A DNA stretch of 64,000 nt from assembly GCA_035548435.1 (NCBI GenBank), contig DASZSY010000003.1, forward strand, positions 5,311 to 69,310, given 5' to 3'. Source of the DNA: Candidatus Nanoarchaeia archaeon (lineage in GTDB: Archaea; Nanobdellota; Nanobdellia; Pacearchaeales; GW2011-AR1). Numbering within the stretch: position 1 is the first letter of the stretch; every line of letters begins with the position of its first letter. The notes under the pieces were generated by a model that made no database searches, was not told the DNA's origin, and saw only the letters and a list, made by a program, of their open reading frames with translations. Positions 50,401-59,428 of this stretch are shown here, piece after piece. The translations under genes and the position numbers were made by a program.

Positions 50401-50877
50401 TGCTGCTTCACTTCCTCCTGCAGATCTTATAGGTCCAGAATAATAAGGTGCAAGATAATCTTTTCCATCTGCGGTTTTCTTAACCTTAAGCTGAATAAAT
50501 CCTTCAATAGGTGAAGAAACATATCCTAATGTTAAATAACCTAAAGCAACTCTTATACCTGCCTCTATCGCTTCTAAATGACTTTTGAATTTACAGAATT
50601 TTTCTTTTGCAACTTCTTCTGCAATACTTAAAGCAACTGCAGGGTCTAAAGGACCATATTGTTTTTCAAGTTCATGCACTCTTTCAACTATTCTTTTGTC
50701 ATTTATTTGAGGATAAAGGACACTAACAAGTCCCAAGACTCTTTCAGCTAGAGAGGTTGCAACCGGCACTTCAACACTATCAGAAGGGTCTATTCCTTTC
50801 TTTCTAGCTATATTTGCATGAGCATATGCTTCTCCCACAGACTTTTCAAGTTGTTTGAAATATTGTTCAACCTGCAT
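47458..50877 (-). CDS. polD2: DNA polymerase II (PolD) large subunit DP2
   Basis: 1139 aa; N-terminal region, catalytic core and C-terminal Cys clusters (CNTC...CETC, CVTC...CTSC); no intein-sized insertion. Confidence 0.9.
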   Translation of the reverse strand: MQVEQYFKQLEKSVGEAYAHANIARKKGIDPSDSVEVPVATSLAERVLGLVSVLYPQINDKRIVERVHELEKQYGPLDPAVALSIAEEVAKEKFCKFKSHLEAIEAGIRVALGYLTLGYVSSPIEGFIQLKVKKTADGKDYLAPYYSGPIRSAGGSEAAFSLVVVDYLRELFGYAKYDPTEDEVKRGIHECYEYHERITNLQYLPSEQELDFMFRNLPIQLSGDPSEEREVFNYKDLPRIETNILRSGFCLVGAEGMAQKAPKCLKRVLKLKQQGFKLSDWTWLEEFVKLQKKIKEGKKSDASRGGATYIQDIVGGRPIFSHPSQSGGFRLRYGRCRTTGYSTLAVHPATMAITNGFIAVGTQLKIEKPTKGCTVASCDTIDGPIVILDDGSLKFVNDYDEAVKLQPRIKEIVYLGDILVPFGDFINRNHGLEKAGYVEEYWAVDLKKAGGEANKNISFSEAVEISQKYDIPLHPKYSFFWKEISTEQLLGLIDWIAHGIIRNGVFALPYSKLHRERFAQGKRALELLGCEHDVALEDVLIKQPYSEALLFNLGLSMHEPLDQGVDRISLEIKKESDKLPLEIISKLCAVKIADKSGTFIGARMGRPEKAKLRKLIGSPHVLFPVGEEGGRMRSVQTAVENGIVRADFPNYFCNTCKRESIYRKCETCGNYCKLEEVEKQENSYGREAERSIEIKSYFDSARKLIGMRNDEVPSVVKGVKGTSNSEHVCEHLAKGLLRAKHGLHVNKDGTIRYDMTEMPITHFRPAEVGTSVAKLVSLGYEKDIYGEELKTDNQILELFPHDIILPACPETPDERADDVFLSVGRFIDEELVKIYNTNTYFNAKKREDLVGSLFGCMSPHTSAVAVGRLVGFSKIQALLASPYIHAAMRRDCDGDEAAVMMLMDLLLNFSRKFIPSHRGGTQDAPLVLNMRIRANEVDDMIFDLDVTKEVPYELYAAAKEKKHPSEVKMEQVKNRLGGNKEFTELNFTHDTSDLNKGALCSSYKTLPTMQEKVDGMMHLCKKIRAVDASDAARLIIERHFIRDTRGNLRKFSQQGFRCVTCNSKYRRPPLVGKCTSCGSKIIFTISEGSILKYMEPALALARNYNVSPYLLESLELTQSYIESIFGKDKETQEGLNKWF

Positions 50878-52429
50878 TCTTTATTTCCTCCTCATCTCCA
50901 AAATCAAGAACCTTGAGTTCTCTTGTTTTCAAATTAAGAATGGGTACCTTTGCAGGATCAGGAATATTTCCAACTTTTTCTTCGAAAGGAGTCTGTGCCT
51001 GCCAGCAACTTCCAGTTATAATTAAAACACCATTATAACTTTCTATATCTAGTCTGTGAACTTCTCCTGTACATAGTACATCTGGAACTTCTTGTATAAC
51101 TAAAGAATCACTTTCCTTATTTGGAATATAGGTTACTTCTCCGTGTGTTGGAGCTAAATGTCTTCTTTTAAGCATGTGTCTTACTGCTTTAGCTGGAGTT
51201 CTGTGTGCTTTAATTTCTCGCAGTTCTTGAATTTCATTTATGAAAGCGTGAATACTTGCTCCATGATACATCAAGACCTTAAACTCTTTATCTCCTTCTA
51301 GTATCTTAACAAGACAAGGATTAGTTACTAGAACAAGATTATCAAATCCGTATAGTTCTGGAGCATAATTTTTATCAATTATTGGCTGTGGTTCTGCAAC
51401 TCTTGAAGCGTCGTGCTGCCCTGGACACATGAATATTGTTATGTCTTTAGGAATCCTTCTTATGTAAGATGCAAGCAAAGCATATTGTTCTTTCATACTT
51501 CCAAGTTTCAAAAGTTTTTCTTGTCCAGGGAAAATTCCAACCCCATCAACATTATCTCCTGTAAAGAAAACATATTTTACTTTCTTTGCCAGTTCATCTC
51601 CACTATTTATCCAATTCAAGAAATTATTAAAACTACTTTCAAGATGTCTATCGCTACCTGCGTGAACATCAGATAAGAAGGCTACACAAACCTCTTCATT
51701 AAATTTAACTTTTTCATTAATGAATGAGTCTGGGAAGAAAATGTCGTGAATAAATGTAAGGTCTTTATTTCCAGATGCTCTTACTCCCACAACATCGTCT
51801 AGTTGAAGTTCATTTGCTATAGCAAATAACTCTGCATTGTCTACCTTAACAAGACCATTTATAGTTCCTGTTAAATCTTCAAATTTAATTATAAGATTTT
51901 TATTTTTAGTCATTCTTTTTTCAGTCACCATTCCAATAAAACTAAAGAGCTGTCTATCTGATGAAACCTTGTTTAATGCAATCAAGTTTTTCAGTGCTGG
52001 TCTATTCATAAGAATTCTTTGAAGCATCTGGTATCTAGATCTAAAGTTTCCAACAAAGTCTGCAACTTCAAGCTTTTTATCTGCCTTTGTATTAGCATAA
52101 AATAATCTATAGTTTTGACTGTTTTTCTTTACTATTTCAGGCGTCTGTTGTATTTTTGTTTCTCTTTTAACTTCAATATTTATTCCAAGTTTAACAAAAA
52201 CACTTTCAACAAGACTCTTATCTGTTCCCGGTAGTTTGGAAATAGACTGATGAGATATATTCTTAGTTAGGTTGGATTTAGTTATTATTTTTTGTCCTGC
52301 TGATTGTTCGAGCTGTGCAATTAAATTTTTAGCCTCATTTGTGTCTGCAATATTTGAAACCAAGTCAAATATCTCTTTTTCTAAAAGAATTCCTTTTTCC
52401 CTTAAATAAGAAAGCACCTCGGAGTTCAT
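50867..52429 (-). CDS. polD1: DNA polymerase II (PolD) small subunit DP1
   Basis: Calcineurin-like phosphoesterase motifs FLSDVHAGSD, GDNVD, GQHD; overlaps DP2 by 11 nt. Confidence 0.85.
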   Translation of the reverse strand: MNSEVLSYLREKGILLEKEIFDLVSNIADTNEAKNLIAQLEQSAGQKIITKSNLTKNISHQSISKLPGTDKSLVESVFVKLGINIEVKRETKIQQTPEIVKKNSQNYRLFYANTKADKKLEVADFVGNFRSRYQMLQRILMNRPALKNLIALNKVSSDRQLFSFIGMVTEKRMTKNKNLIIKFEDLTGTINGLVKVDNAELFAIANELQLDDVVGVRASGNKDLTFIHDIFFPDSFINEKVKFNEEVCVAFLSDVHAGSDRHLESSFNNFLNWINSGDELAKKVKYVFFTGDNVDGVGIFPGQEKLLKLGSMKEQYALLASYIRRIPKDITIFMCPGQHDASRVAEPQPIIDKNYAPELYGFDNLVLVTNPCLVKILEGDKEFKVLMYHGASIHAFINEIQELREIKAHRTPAKAVRHMLKRRHLAPTHGEVTYIPNKESDSLVIQEVPDVLCTGEVHRLDIESYNGVLIITGSCWQAQTPFEEKVGNIPDPAKVPILNLKTRELKVLDFGDEEEIKNAG

Positions 52430-53631
52430 AGGTCTATTGCCTTATCAAGTATCTCCTTTGCTTTTGTTTTTATTTGTGGAGAAAGCATGAGTTTTATTTC
52501 TCTTGTTCTTCCCTGCCTTCCCTTACTTATGACTCTCGCATTTATTATTCCAAGCATGTCAAACTCTGCAATTATATCTGAAACTCTTCTCTGAGTTAAA
52601 ACCTCATTTCTAGTTTTTTGACAAAATTCCTGATAAACATTATAAACATCTCCCGTAAATATTTCCTCAACTTCTTTTTTATCATCTAAATTCATTATGG
52701 CCTTTAAAACAAGTTGAAATTGCTTAGGTTCGCTTTCAATTATATCAAGCATTTTATCTCTCTCAATCTTTTGATTAGCGGAATCTATGTGTGTTTCTTC
52801 TATTTTCTTTTTTCCATCTCTTTCAGCTAGTTCTCCTGCAACTCTTAATAAATCTAAAGCTCTTCTAGCATCTCCATGTTCTCTGGCAGCAAACGCAGCA
52901 CATTTAGCAATAACTCCCTCATCTATAGCTCCTTCCTTAAACGCAATCTCTGCTCTTTCTTTTAATATGTCTTGCAGCTGCAGAGCATTATATGGTGAAA
53001 ATACAAGTTCTTCTTCTCCAAGTGAACTTCTTACTCTAGGATCTAGGTTATCCATAAATGTCAAACTGTTACTTATTCCTATAATACTTATTTGAGCATT
53101 TTTAAGTTCAGTATTTAGCCTTGTAAGTGTGTAAATAAAGTTGTCATTTATTTTTTTAACTGCCTGATCTATTTCATCTAAGACAATAAGTATAATCTGT
53201 TTCTTTTTATCAATCATTTCAATAAATCTAGAATATACCTGGTCTGTAGGAAGTCCCGTAGCTGGAACAGTTCCACCCATTTCGTTAATTAATTCAGCTA
53301 AAATTCTATATTCAGTATCAGAAACTTTCTTTAATTTACAATTAATATATGTAAAAACAAGTTCATCTTTGTTCATTTGCTTCATTTTATCAATTAATCT
53401 ATTTCCTACATGCTGAACAGAAAGTGTTTTTCCAGTTCCAGTCTTTCCATAAATGAAAAGATTACTAACTCTTTCTCCTCTTAAAGCAGGAGCAAGAATT
53501 GAAGCAACAGATTCTATTTGATCATCTCTATGAGGTATTGTTTCCGGAGTATAGTTAGACTGAAGAGCAGATTTATTCTTAAATAATCCAGAAGAAGCAA
53601 TTGAATCAAATAATTTATCAATTTTATCCAT
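52426..53631 (-). CDS. cdc6: Orc1/Cdc6 replication initiator
   Basis: AAA+ Walker A GKTGTGKT, Walker B LDEID, C-terminal winged helix; 4-nt overlap with DP1. Confidence 0.9.
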   Translation of the reverse strand: MDKIDKLFDSIASSGLFKNKSALQSNYTPETIPHRDDQIESVASILAPALRGERVSNLFIYGKTGTGKTLSVQHVGNRLIDKMKQMNKDELVFTYINCKLKKVSDTEYRILAELINEMGGTVPATGLPTDQVYSRFIEMIDKKKQIILIVLDEIDQAVKKINDNFIYTLTRLNTELKNAQISIIGISNSLTFMDNLDPRVRSSLGEEELVFSPYNALQLQDILKERAEIAFKEGAIDEGVIAKCAAFAAREHGDARRALDLLRVAGELAERDGKKKIEETHIDSANQKIERDKMLDIIESEPKQFQLVLKAIMNLDDKKEVEEIFTGDVYNVYQEFCQKTRNEVLTQRRVSDIIAEFDMLGIINARVISKGRQGRTREIKLMLSPQIKTKAKEILDKAIDL

Positions 53632-54014
53632 AAATATTTTATATAAAATCTTATTATAAATGTATGTGTGTTTGAGGCATCATTTCCACTGAAAGGTTCT
53701 CTTTTCTCGAATAAAATTAATTATTAAAATAAAAAAATAATGAAAACACAGACACCTCTGTTTCTATTGGAAAATGAAAACTAAAACCTTCCAAGTTAGT
53801 ATTAACACGAACTTATATTACTATATATAATATATATAATATATAATATAAATATTTATAATATAAAATTAAAGAAAAAGAAATTTCAATTTTTCTTTTT
53901 AAATGTTTTTGTTATTTTCCATGTGAAATAATAGGGTGTGGGTGTTTGTAAAAAATATTTATCTATATAATGTAGTAAAGAAACATTTATATATCGCTTT
54001 CATTAAACTACGCT
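53632..54014. other. Predicted chromosomal replication origin (oriC): AT-rich unwinding element flanked by ORB-like dyads
   Basis: 383-bp non-coding region immediately upstream of orc1/cdc6. TTCCACTGAAA (53684-53694) is preceded by GT tract TGTATGTGTGTTTGAGG. TTCCATGTGAAA (53917-53928) is followed by GGGTGTGGGTGTTTG. They flank an almost pure (TA)n tract at 53812-53870. Confidence 0.55.
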
Positions 54015-54275
54015 ATGGTACTTGATAAAAAGCCATTAAAAGAGATTGTTGGACGCCTTGTTGTAACAAAAGAAGGTAAAAGACTTGGATTTGTAAAAGA
54101 TATTAACTTTGAAACAAGAACTGGAGAACTTATTCAGATCGTTCTAAGAGAACCTACTGCTTATGCAAAGTCATTAAATCTAGAGTCTTCTCAGGAGAAA
54201 GATGTTCTAGTTCCATACAATACAATTATTGCTATCGGTGACTTCGTTGTTATTTCTGAAGAAGATTTGATTTAA
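54015..54275 (+). CDS. PRC-barrel domain protein
   Basis: GRLVVTKEGKRLGFVKDINFETRTGELIQIVL pattern. Confidence 0.5.
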   Translation: MVLDKKPLKEIVGRLVVTKEGKRLGFVKDINFETRTGELIQIVLREPTAYAKSLNLESSQEKDVLVPYNTIIAIGDFVVISEEDLI

Positions 54276-54311
54276 CACAACATTTAAATAAGATTACCAA
54301 GAAACATTAAC

Positions 54312-54749
54312 ATGAACCTTATAGGATTTGCTTTTACAAAACTACACGCAGAGAAAGTTGCAGCTATGTCTAAAAAAGTAGCAAAGGTAAATGATATTCA
54401 TATTACAAATGTTGAGAAAGAAGAAGTTCCTATACAAATGAAAACAGATGCCTATAGAATTTCATTTAGATTTGTTTTAACTTACAATGATAAGGATGCT
54501 AAAAAAGAAGCAAAGTTAGGAGAAGTAATTATTGAAGGATATATTATAACCTCTCTTACTGAAAACGAAGGAAAAGAATTCTTTAAGAGCTGGAAAAAGA
54601 AAGAGGTTCCTGAGAGCTTTAGACCTGCAATATTTAGTTTAATAATGAAGAAATGTTCACCAAAGGCAATTGATCTTGAAGACACTATATCTTTACCTTT
54701 CCATGTTCCAATTGTTCCACAGTTAAGATTCAACAATTCTGAAAAATAA
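54312..54749 (+). CDS. Hypothetical protein
   Basis: 145 aa; no motif. Confidence 0.3.
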   Translation: MNLIGFAFTKLHAEKVAAMSKKVAKVNDIHITNVEKEEVPIQMKTDAYRISFRFVLTYNDKDAKKEAKLGEVIIEGYIITSLTENEGKEFFKSWKKKEVPESFRPAIFSLIMKKCSPKAIDLEDTISLPFHVPIVPQLRFNNSEK

Positions 54750-54757
54750 AAGCGTTT

Positions 54758-55471
54758 TTAGTTAATTTCTTTTAATTTACCAAATTCAAAGTTTTCTAAT
54801 TCATTTCCAACAGCAATTACTTTAAACTCTTCAAGTTCTAAAGGCCAAGGTAATTTAGTTAAGTAATCTCTAGGATCCGTGCCTTCATTACTACTTATAA
54901 AACTAGGACAAATAATAAAATTCTTATCTTTATATTTCCCTTCAAGAAAACACTTATACTTCTCAGATTTTACTCCATCTCTTAGAACTATAGCGGGATG
55001 TAAATGCCCTATAACTATTGTTTTTATTTTTTTATCTTTAATTAAGTCAAAATCCCTATCTCCGTGTAAAAACGCAATTTCTTCAGACAAATAATAATCT
55101 TTAATTTCTAAATTATCTTTTTTAGGTAAATAATTTATTAAAACATCATGGTTTCCCTTTGTAATTATAAGTTTTTCAGTTCTTTTTTCTAATTTTTCTA
55201 TTATTTTTTCAAATTGCTGCCTTTCTTCTTTTAATATAGAACCAAAAGTGTGTTTTATATCTCCTAAAAGAACAATTTCATTAAATTTATCTTTAAATTC
55301 AAATAACTCATCAAAAGACTTCTCAACTTCTTCAAAAATATACCTATTAATAAAAATTCCTGCCTGATTAAGTGCAGATTCGAACCCTAAATGAAGATCT
55401 CCTACAACTAGTATTTCCTTTTCTTTTTGTTTAATGATAAGAAACTTTCCTTTATACGTTATTTTGTTCAT
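54758..55471 (-). CDS. Metallophosphoesterase (Lhr-associated MPE-like nuclease)
   Basis: VVGDLHLGFE, GDIKH, GNHD, GHLH motifs; overlaps the 3' end of the Lhr gene by 20 nt. Confidence 0.7.
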   Translation of the reverse strand: MNKITYKGKFLIIKQKEKEILVVGDLHLGFESALNQAGIFINRYIFEEVEKSFDELFEFKDKFNEIVLLGDIKHTFGSILKEERQQFEKIIEKLEKRTEKLIITKGNHDVLINYLPKKDNLEIKDYYLSEEIAFLHGDRDFDLIKDKKIKTIVIGHLHPAIVLRDGVKSEKYKCFLEGKYKDKNFIICPSFISSNEGTDPRDYLTKLPWPLELEEFKVIAVGNELENFEFGKLKEIN

Positions 55472-58052
55472 TTTTTTCTCCTATTGCCTTAAGATGCAAT
55501 TGATGCATTCTTTTTAGGAAAGCAACCCTATCTTCTATCTTAATTAAATCACTCTTTCCATGCATCCAAACCCCAAGTCCGAAAGGAGAAACTATGGGTG
55601 TTTTAATCTGCTTTATCTTTATTCTTCCATCTTCTATTGCAGCAAGAACTTTTGTTGCATTCTTTAAATCCATAAGATCTTCTAGTACCTCTCTTCTTGC
55701 TTCTTGTAATATTGGGAAGGAATCACCTATTTTTCTTACAGCCGCAAAAAGAAACTCGGAATGAACTTGCTGCTTTCCTACACTCTTACTCCTACCCTTA
55801 TAACTTCGAAGTATCATTAAACTTCTTCCAGCACAGTGTCTAAATCTTCTTTTCAAAACATCTGTTTTTTCTAAAGCTTCTTTTATTATGAGTTTCAAGT
55901 CTTTACTTTTGACAAAATCAAGTATTTTCTTATCTTCCAAATGTTCTGCAGAGATATAAAATCCATTATCGTTTATTCCAAGCTCAACGTCTCTATGTTT
56001 AAGTCTTGCAGCTGCATATGCATATGCTCTAGAAAGAACGTCATTAACCCTTCTTCCATATAAGCTATGAAAAACCATAACTTCCTTCAAATCTTTGAAT
56101 TTCTCAACAACCAGTGTTTTTTCATCAGGCACAGCAGCAAAATCTCTCTGGTTTTTGAAATAGTTATATATTTCTTCAGCCACATACTTCTTGCAATATG
56201 TGTATTTTTCAATAAATTCAACACAATCTTTCTTATTGTCTAGTCTTTCCTTAACAAGTGCCCTAAATTTACCAATTGCACATGCAACATCAAAATGTAA
56301 GGGCAACATTTCACTTGCCCATGAAGGAATTGTAGGGTTTCTAGATACATCTGCCTTAACAAAAGCTTTCATCCCTCTTGTATATAGAAATTGATACTTT
56401 TTTCCTCCAAGAACAAATACATCTCCTCTTTTCATTCTTTCAACAAAACTCTCATCTACCTGTCCTACAATTGCCCCAGTTCTTTCTGCATCATTTACAA
56501 CTACTGAAATAAAGCTTTCATCAGGTATAGATCCTACATTTGTAGAGTAAATAACTTTAGCAAGCATTCCTCTTTTCCCAATCTGTTGTTTTTCTAAATC
56601 ATACCATATTTTAGCATAAACGTGTCTATGTTCAAGGGCATATTCTCCTGCTAGATAACTAAGAACGCCCATAAAATCTTCATCACTTAAGGTAGAGTAA
56701 CAGTAAGCCCTTCTTATACAATCTTTCATTTCCTGAACTCCCCAAACCTTTGTTATTGCCATACCATATATCTGCTGAGCAAGAACATCTAGCGCATTTC
56801 TAGGTATCTGAATTCTATCTATTTGTTTTTCAACCATTGCTTTCATTAAAATAGCACATTCAACAAGATCATCTCTATCCAAAACAATAAACTTTCCCTT
56901 TGGATGTTCATGAAGCTGGTGTCCTGCTCTTCCAATTCTTTGCAGGGCCCTAGCTACACCCTTAGGAGACTTAATTAAAATAACAATATCTATGCTTCCT
57001 ATATCTATTCCAAGTTCAAGACTTGTGGAAGAAACAACCACCTTCAGTTCACCCTTTCTAAGTCTTTCCTCAATCATAAACCTCTGCTCTTTACTCATAG
57101 AGCTATGGTGTGCCCCGATAAATCCAGTGTACTTTCCAGGATATCTTGTTTCCAGGTGATGTATTATTCTTTCTGTAGCGTTTCTAGTATTTGTGAAAAT
57201 AAGGGTTGTTCTATTTGCGCTTATAATCTCATCAAGCATCTTGTAAAGTTTTGTTTGACTGTCTGTACTTTCAGATTCAAGAATGTCATCTCCAGGGAAA
57301 TCAAGGTCTATTTCAATACTTTTTACAAGTTTCACATCAGCAATCAAGCAATCTCTCTGCTCTCCAACAAGGAATTTAGCAACTTCCTCTAAAGGGAATA
57401 TTGTTGCACTAAGTCCAATACGTACAGGGTCAATTAAACTCATGTGTGCTATTCTTTCCATTGTTAAATTAAGGTGAACTCCTCTTTTGTTTGTCATTGC
57501 GTGTATCTCATCTATGATTATGAATTCGAGTGCAGTCATTTTTTGAGAAAATTTGCCTGTAGTGATAACTATAGCTAAACTTTCAGGTGTTGTAACAAAT
57601 ATATGGGGGCATTTCTTAGCCATTTTACTTCTTTCATATGCAGTTGTGTCTCCAGTTCGTAGACCGACTCTAATTTCTTGCATCTGCAGTCCCTTTTTCT
57701 TTGCAAGTTCTTGCATTTCTTCCAAGGGGCGTTGCAAATTAACATAAATATCATTACTTAGTGCCTTTAGCGGGCTACAATATACTGCATATATCTTATC
57801 CTCAAGCTCTTTTTTCAGTGCAAGCCCCACAATATAATTTAAAATTCCTAAAAATGCAGATAAAGTTTTGGTTCCTCCAGTAGGTGCACTTATAAGTATA
57901 TTTTTTCTTTCGTATATATTCTTTACAGCATGTCTTTGTGTTAGTGAGAAGTCCTCAAATCTTGAAAAAAACCATTCTTTAACAAGAGGATGTAATGTTT
58001 CCTCTACTTCTTTCTTGCTAAATTCTTTTGTTTGAGTTATTTGTCCCATCAT
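55452..58052 (-). CDS. lhr: Lhr-like SF2 helicase
   Basis: Walker A APTGGTKT, DEIH box IIDEIHAM, motif VI QRIGRAGH; 866 aa including the Lhr-core C-terminal region. Confidence 0.8.
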   Translation of the reverse strand: MMGQITQTKEFSKKEVEETLHPLVKEWFFSRFEDFSLTQRHAVKNIYERKNILISAPTGGTKTLSAFLGILNYIVGLALKKELEDKIYAVYCSPLKALSNDIYVNLQRPLEEMQELAKKKGLQMQEIRVGLRTGDTTAYERSKMAKKCPHIFVTTPESLAIVITTGKFSQKMTALEFIIIDEIHAMTNKRGVHLNLTMERIAHMSLIDPVRIGLSATIFPLEEVAKFLVGEQRDCLIADVKLVKSIEIDLDFPGDDILESESTDSQTKLYKMLDEIISANRTTLIFTNTRNATERIIHHLETRYPGKYTGFIGAHHSSMSKEQRFMIEERLRKGELKVVVSSTSLELGIDIGSIDIVILIKSPKGVARALQRIGRAGHQLHEHPKGKFIVLDRDDLVECAILMKAMVEKQIDRIQIPRNALDVLAQQIYGMAITKVWGVQEMKDCIRRAYCYSTLSDEDFMGVLSYLAGEYALEHRHVYAKIWYDLEKQQIGKRGMLAKVIYSTNVGSIPDESFISVVVNDAERTGAIVGQVDESFVERMKRGDVFVLGGKKYQFLYTRGMKAFVKADVSRNPTIPSWASEMLPLHFDVACAIGKFRALVKERLDNKKDCVEFIEKYTYCKKYVAEEIYNYFKNQRDFAAVPDEKTLVVEKFKDLKEVMVFHSLYGRRVNDVLSRAYAYAAARLKHRDVELGINDNGFYISAEHLEDKKILDFVKSKDLKLIIKEALEKTDVLKRRFRHCAGRSLMILRSYKGRSKSVGKQQVHSEFLFAAVRKIGDSFPILQEARREVLEDLMDLKNATKVLAAIEDGRIKIKQIKTPIVSPFGLGVWMHGKSDLIKIEDRVAFLKRMHQLHLKAIGEKNEQNNV

Positions 58053-58163
58053 TTGTCTTCAAATCTTTGGTATTTAACTGTTTATACCAACTTTAAAGTG
58101 AATTATTTTTTGTAGGAGAAATGAAAACCGAATAACTTATAAGCACAGCTAACAAAAACAAGT

Positions 58164-58475
58164 ATGCCTAGACTATCAGAAAAGAAAAAAACAAAAATAT
58201 CAGAACAAATTCTGTATTATTTGTTCAGTTGCGCTCCAGAGTCTAAATTTACTTCAGAGATAGCAGAAGAGATAGTACGAGACGAAGAATTTGTTAAAGA
58301 TTTATTGAAAAAACTCTTTGAAAAGAAGCTAGTGGTATTAGTTTCTAAGAATTCTTCTGGCGTAGAATATCAAAAACGTCAACGCTGGCGTCTTTCAAAC
58401 CAAGCATATGAAGTGTATGTCAGTAGACAACAGTCTTTAGTTAAAAGACAGCCTTCTTTTCAACAAGATCTTTAA
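58164..58475 (+). CDS. Small winged-helix-like protein
   Basis: EQILYYLFSCAPESKFTSEIAEEIV...LVVLV resembles a wHTH. Confidence 0.35.
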   Translation: MPRLSEKKKTKISEQILYYLFSCAPESKFTSEIAEEIVRDEEFVKDLLKKLFEKKLVVLVSKNSSGVEYQKRQRWRLSNQAYEVYVSRQQSLVKRQPSFQQDL

Positions 58476-58564
58476 ATTTTTCAATAAAAAAATGGAAAAA
58501 TAATATTTCATACTACATATTAATTGCAATAATGTTTATAATCCAGTCATTTATCTAGAATATA

Positions 58565-59209
58565 ATGGATCCAATCAAAGAGGCATTCACAAAAGTTAGA
58601 CAAGATATTTCAGATTTAAAGACTTCCATCTCATTTTTAATGCAAGAAATAGAAGATATTAAACGAACTCTTAATGAACAAAAAAACACAACAATTAAGC
58701 CTATTCTAACCTCCCAAATAAGTGAAATTCCAACAAACCAACAAACAGATTCTGATAAAGTAGCTTTATACGGTCTAAAAAGCCCAAATACTCAATTTTC
58801 CAGTGGAAATAGGGGGGTTCCAACAAACAGACAGACAAACCAACAAACAGACCAACAGATTCCTAGCACGTTGGCATCCACTGTACAGGCCGTTGATTCA
58901 CTGAAATTAAGCTTAAAAAACACTTTTTTGAGCCTTACAAAGCAAGAAAGAGAAGTATTTTTGATGCTTTATGATCTCGAAGAACGAGGTTTTACCGTCG
59001 ATTATCCTTTGCTGGCGCAAAAACTTAATCTAACAGAAAGTTCAATAAGAGATTATGTTCTTAAGATGATTCGTAAAGGTGTTCCAATACAAAAACTTAA
59101 GGAAAACAACAAAAAAGTCTTCTTATCCGTTGCTCCAGAGCTTAAAAAAATGGCTAATTTAGCTTCATTTCAATCTTTATACTCTATAAAACAGGAGTTC
59201 ATCGGTTAA
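58565..59209 (+). CDS. Coiled-coil + low-complexity (PTNQQTD repeats) + C-terminal wHTH protein
   Basis: C-terminus TKQEREVFLMLYDLEERGFTVDYPLLAQKLNLTESSIRDYVLKMIRKGV aligns with the C-terminus of 59429..60064. Confidence 0.4.
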   Translation: MDPIKEAFTKVRQDISDLKTSISFLMQEIEDIKRTLNEQKNTTIKPILTSQISEIPTNQQTDSDKVALYGLKSPNTQFSSGNRGVPTNRQTNQQTDQQIPSTLASTVQAVDSLKLSLKNTFLSLTKQEREVFLMLYDLEERGFTVDYPLLAQKLNLTESSIRDYVLKMIRKGVPIQKLKENNKKVFLSVAPELKKMANLASFQSLYSIKQEFIG

Positions 59210-59428
59210 CCGATAAATTATCATAATTTCTTATATCTTCCAATAGGAAAATATTCGTATTAAAAGTTCGCACTATATCCTCACTTCTAACACTTTCTCA
59301 CAACTCTTTTTTTACCTCAGGAGCGTTGATCTCTTAACCCCAAAGCTCCCTCACTTTTGGCGGAAAATATTAACTTTCTAATACCTCTATAGCACTCACT
59401 TTTATTGTTTTTAGTGCAAACTCTCACT

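Noticed and set aside
47458-53631. Inteins in PolD large subunit or Orc1
   Set aside because: Protein lengths (1139 and 401 aa) are within the normal intein-free range. No Hint/HNH-like blocks were noticed.
53812-53870. TA-repeat tract considered as a CRISPR array or microsatellite
   Set aside because: There is no repeat-spacer periodicity and no cas genes. It is a simple (TA)n/AT-rich tract best explained as the origin unwinding element next to orc1/cdc6.
53684-53928. Calling the two ORB-like dyads a classical inverted ORB pair
   Set aside because: Their GT-rich strings are on the same strand (mirror, not inverted, arrangement), and the dyads deviate from TTCCAGTGGAAA. They are kept only as ORB-like, with reduced confidence.
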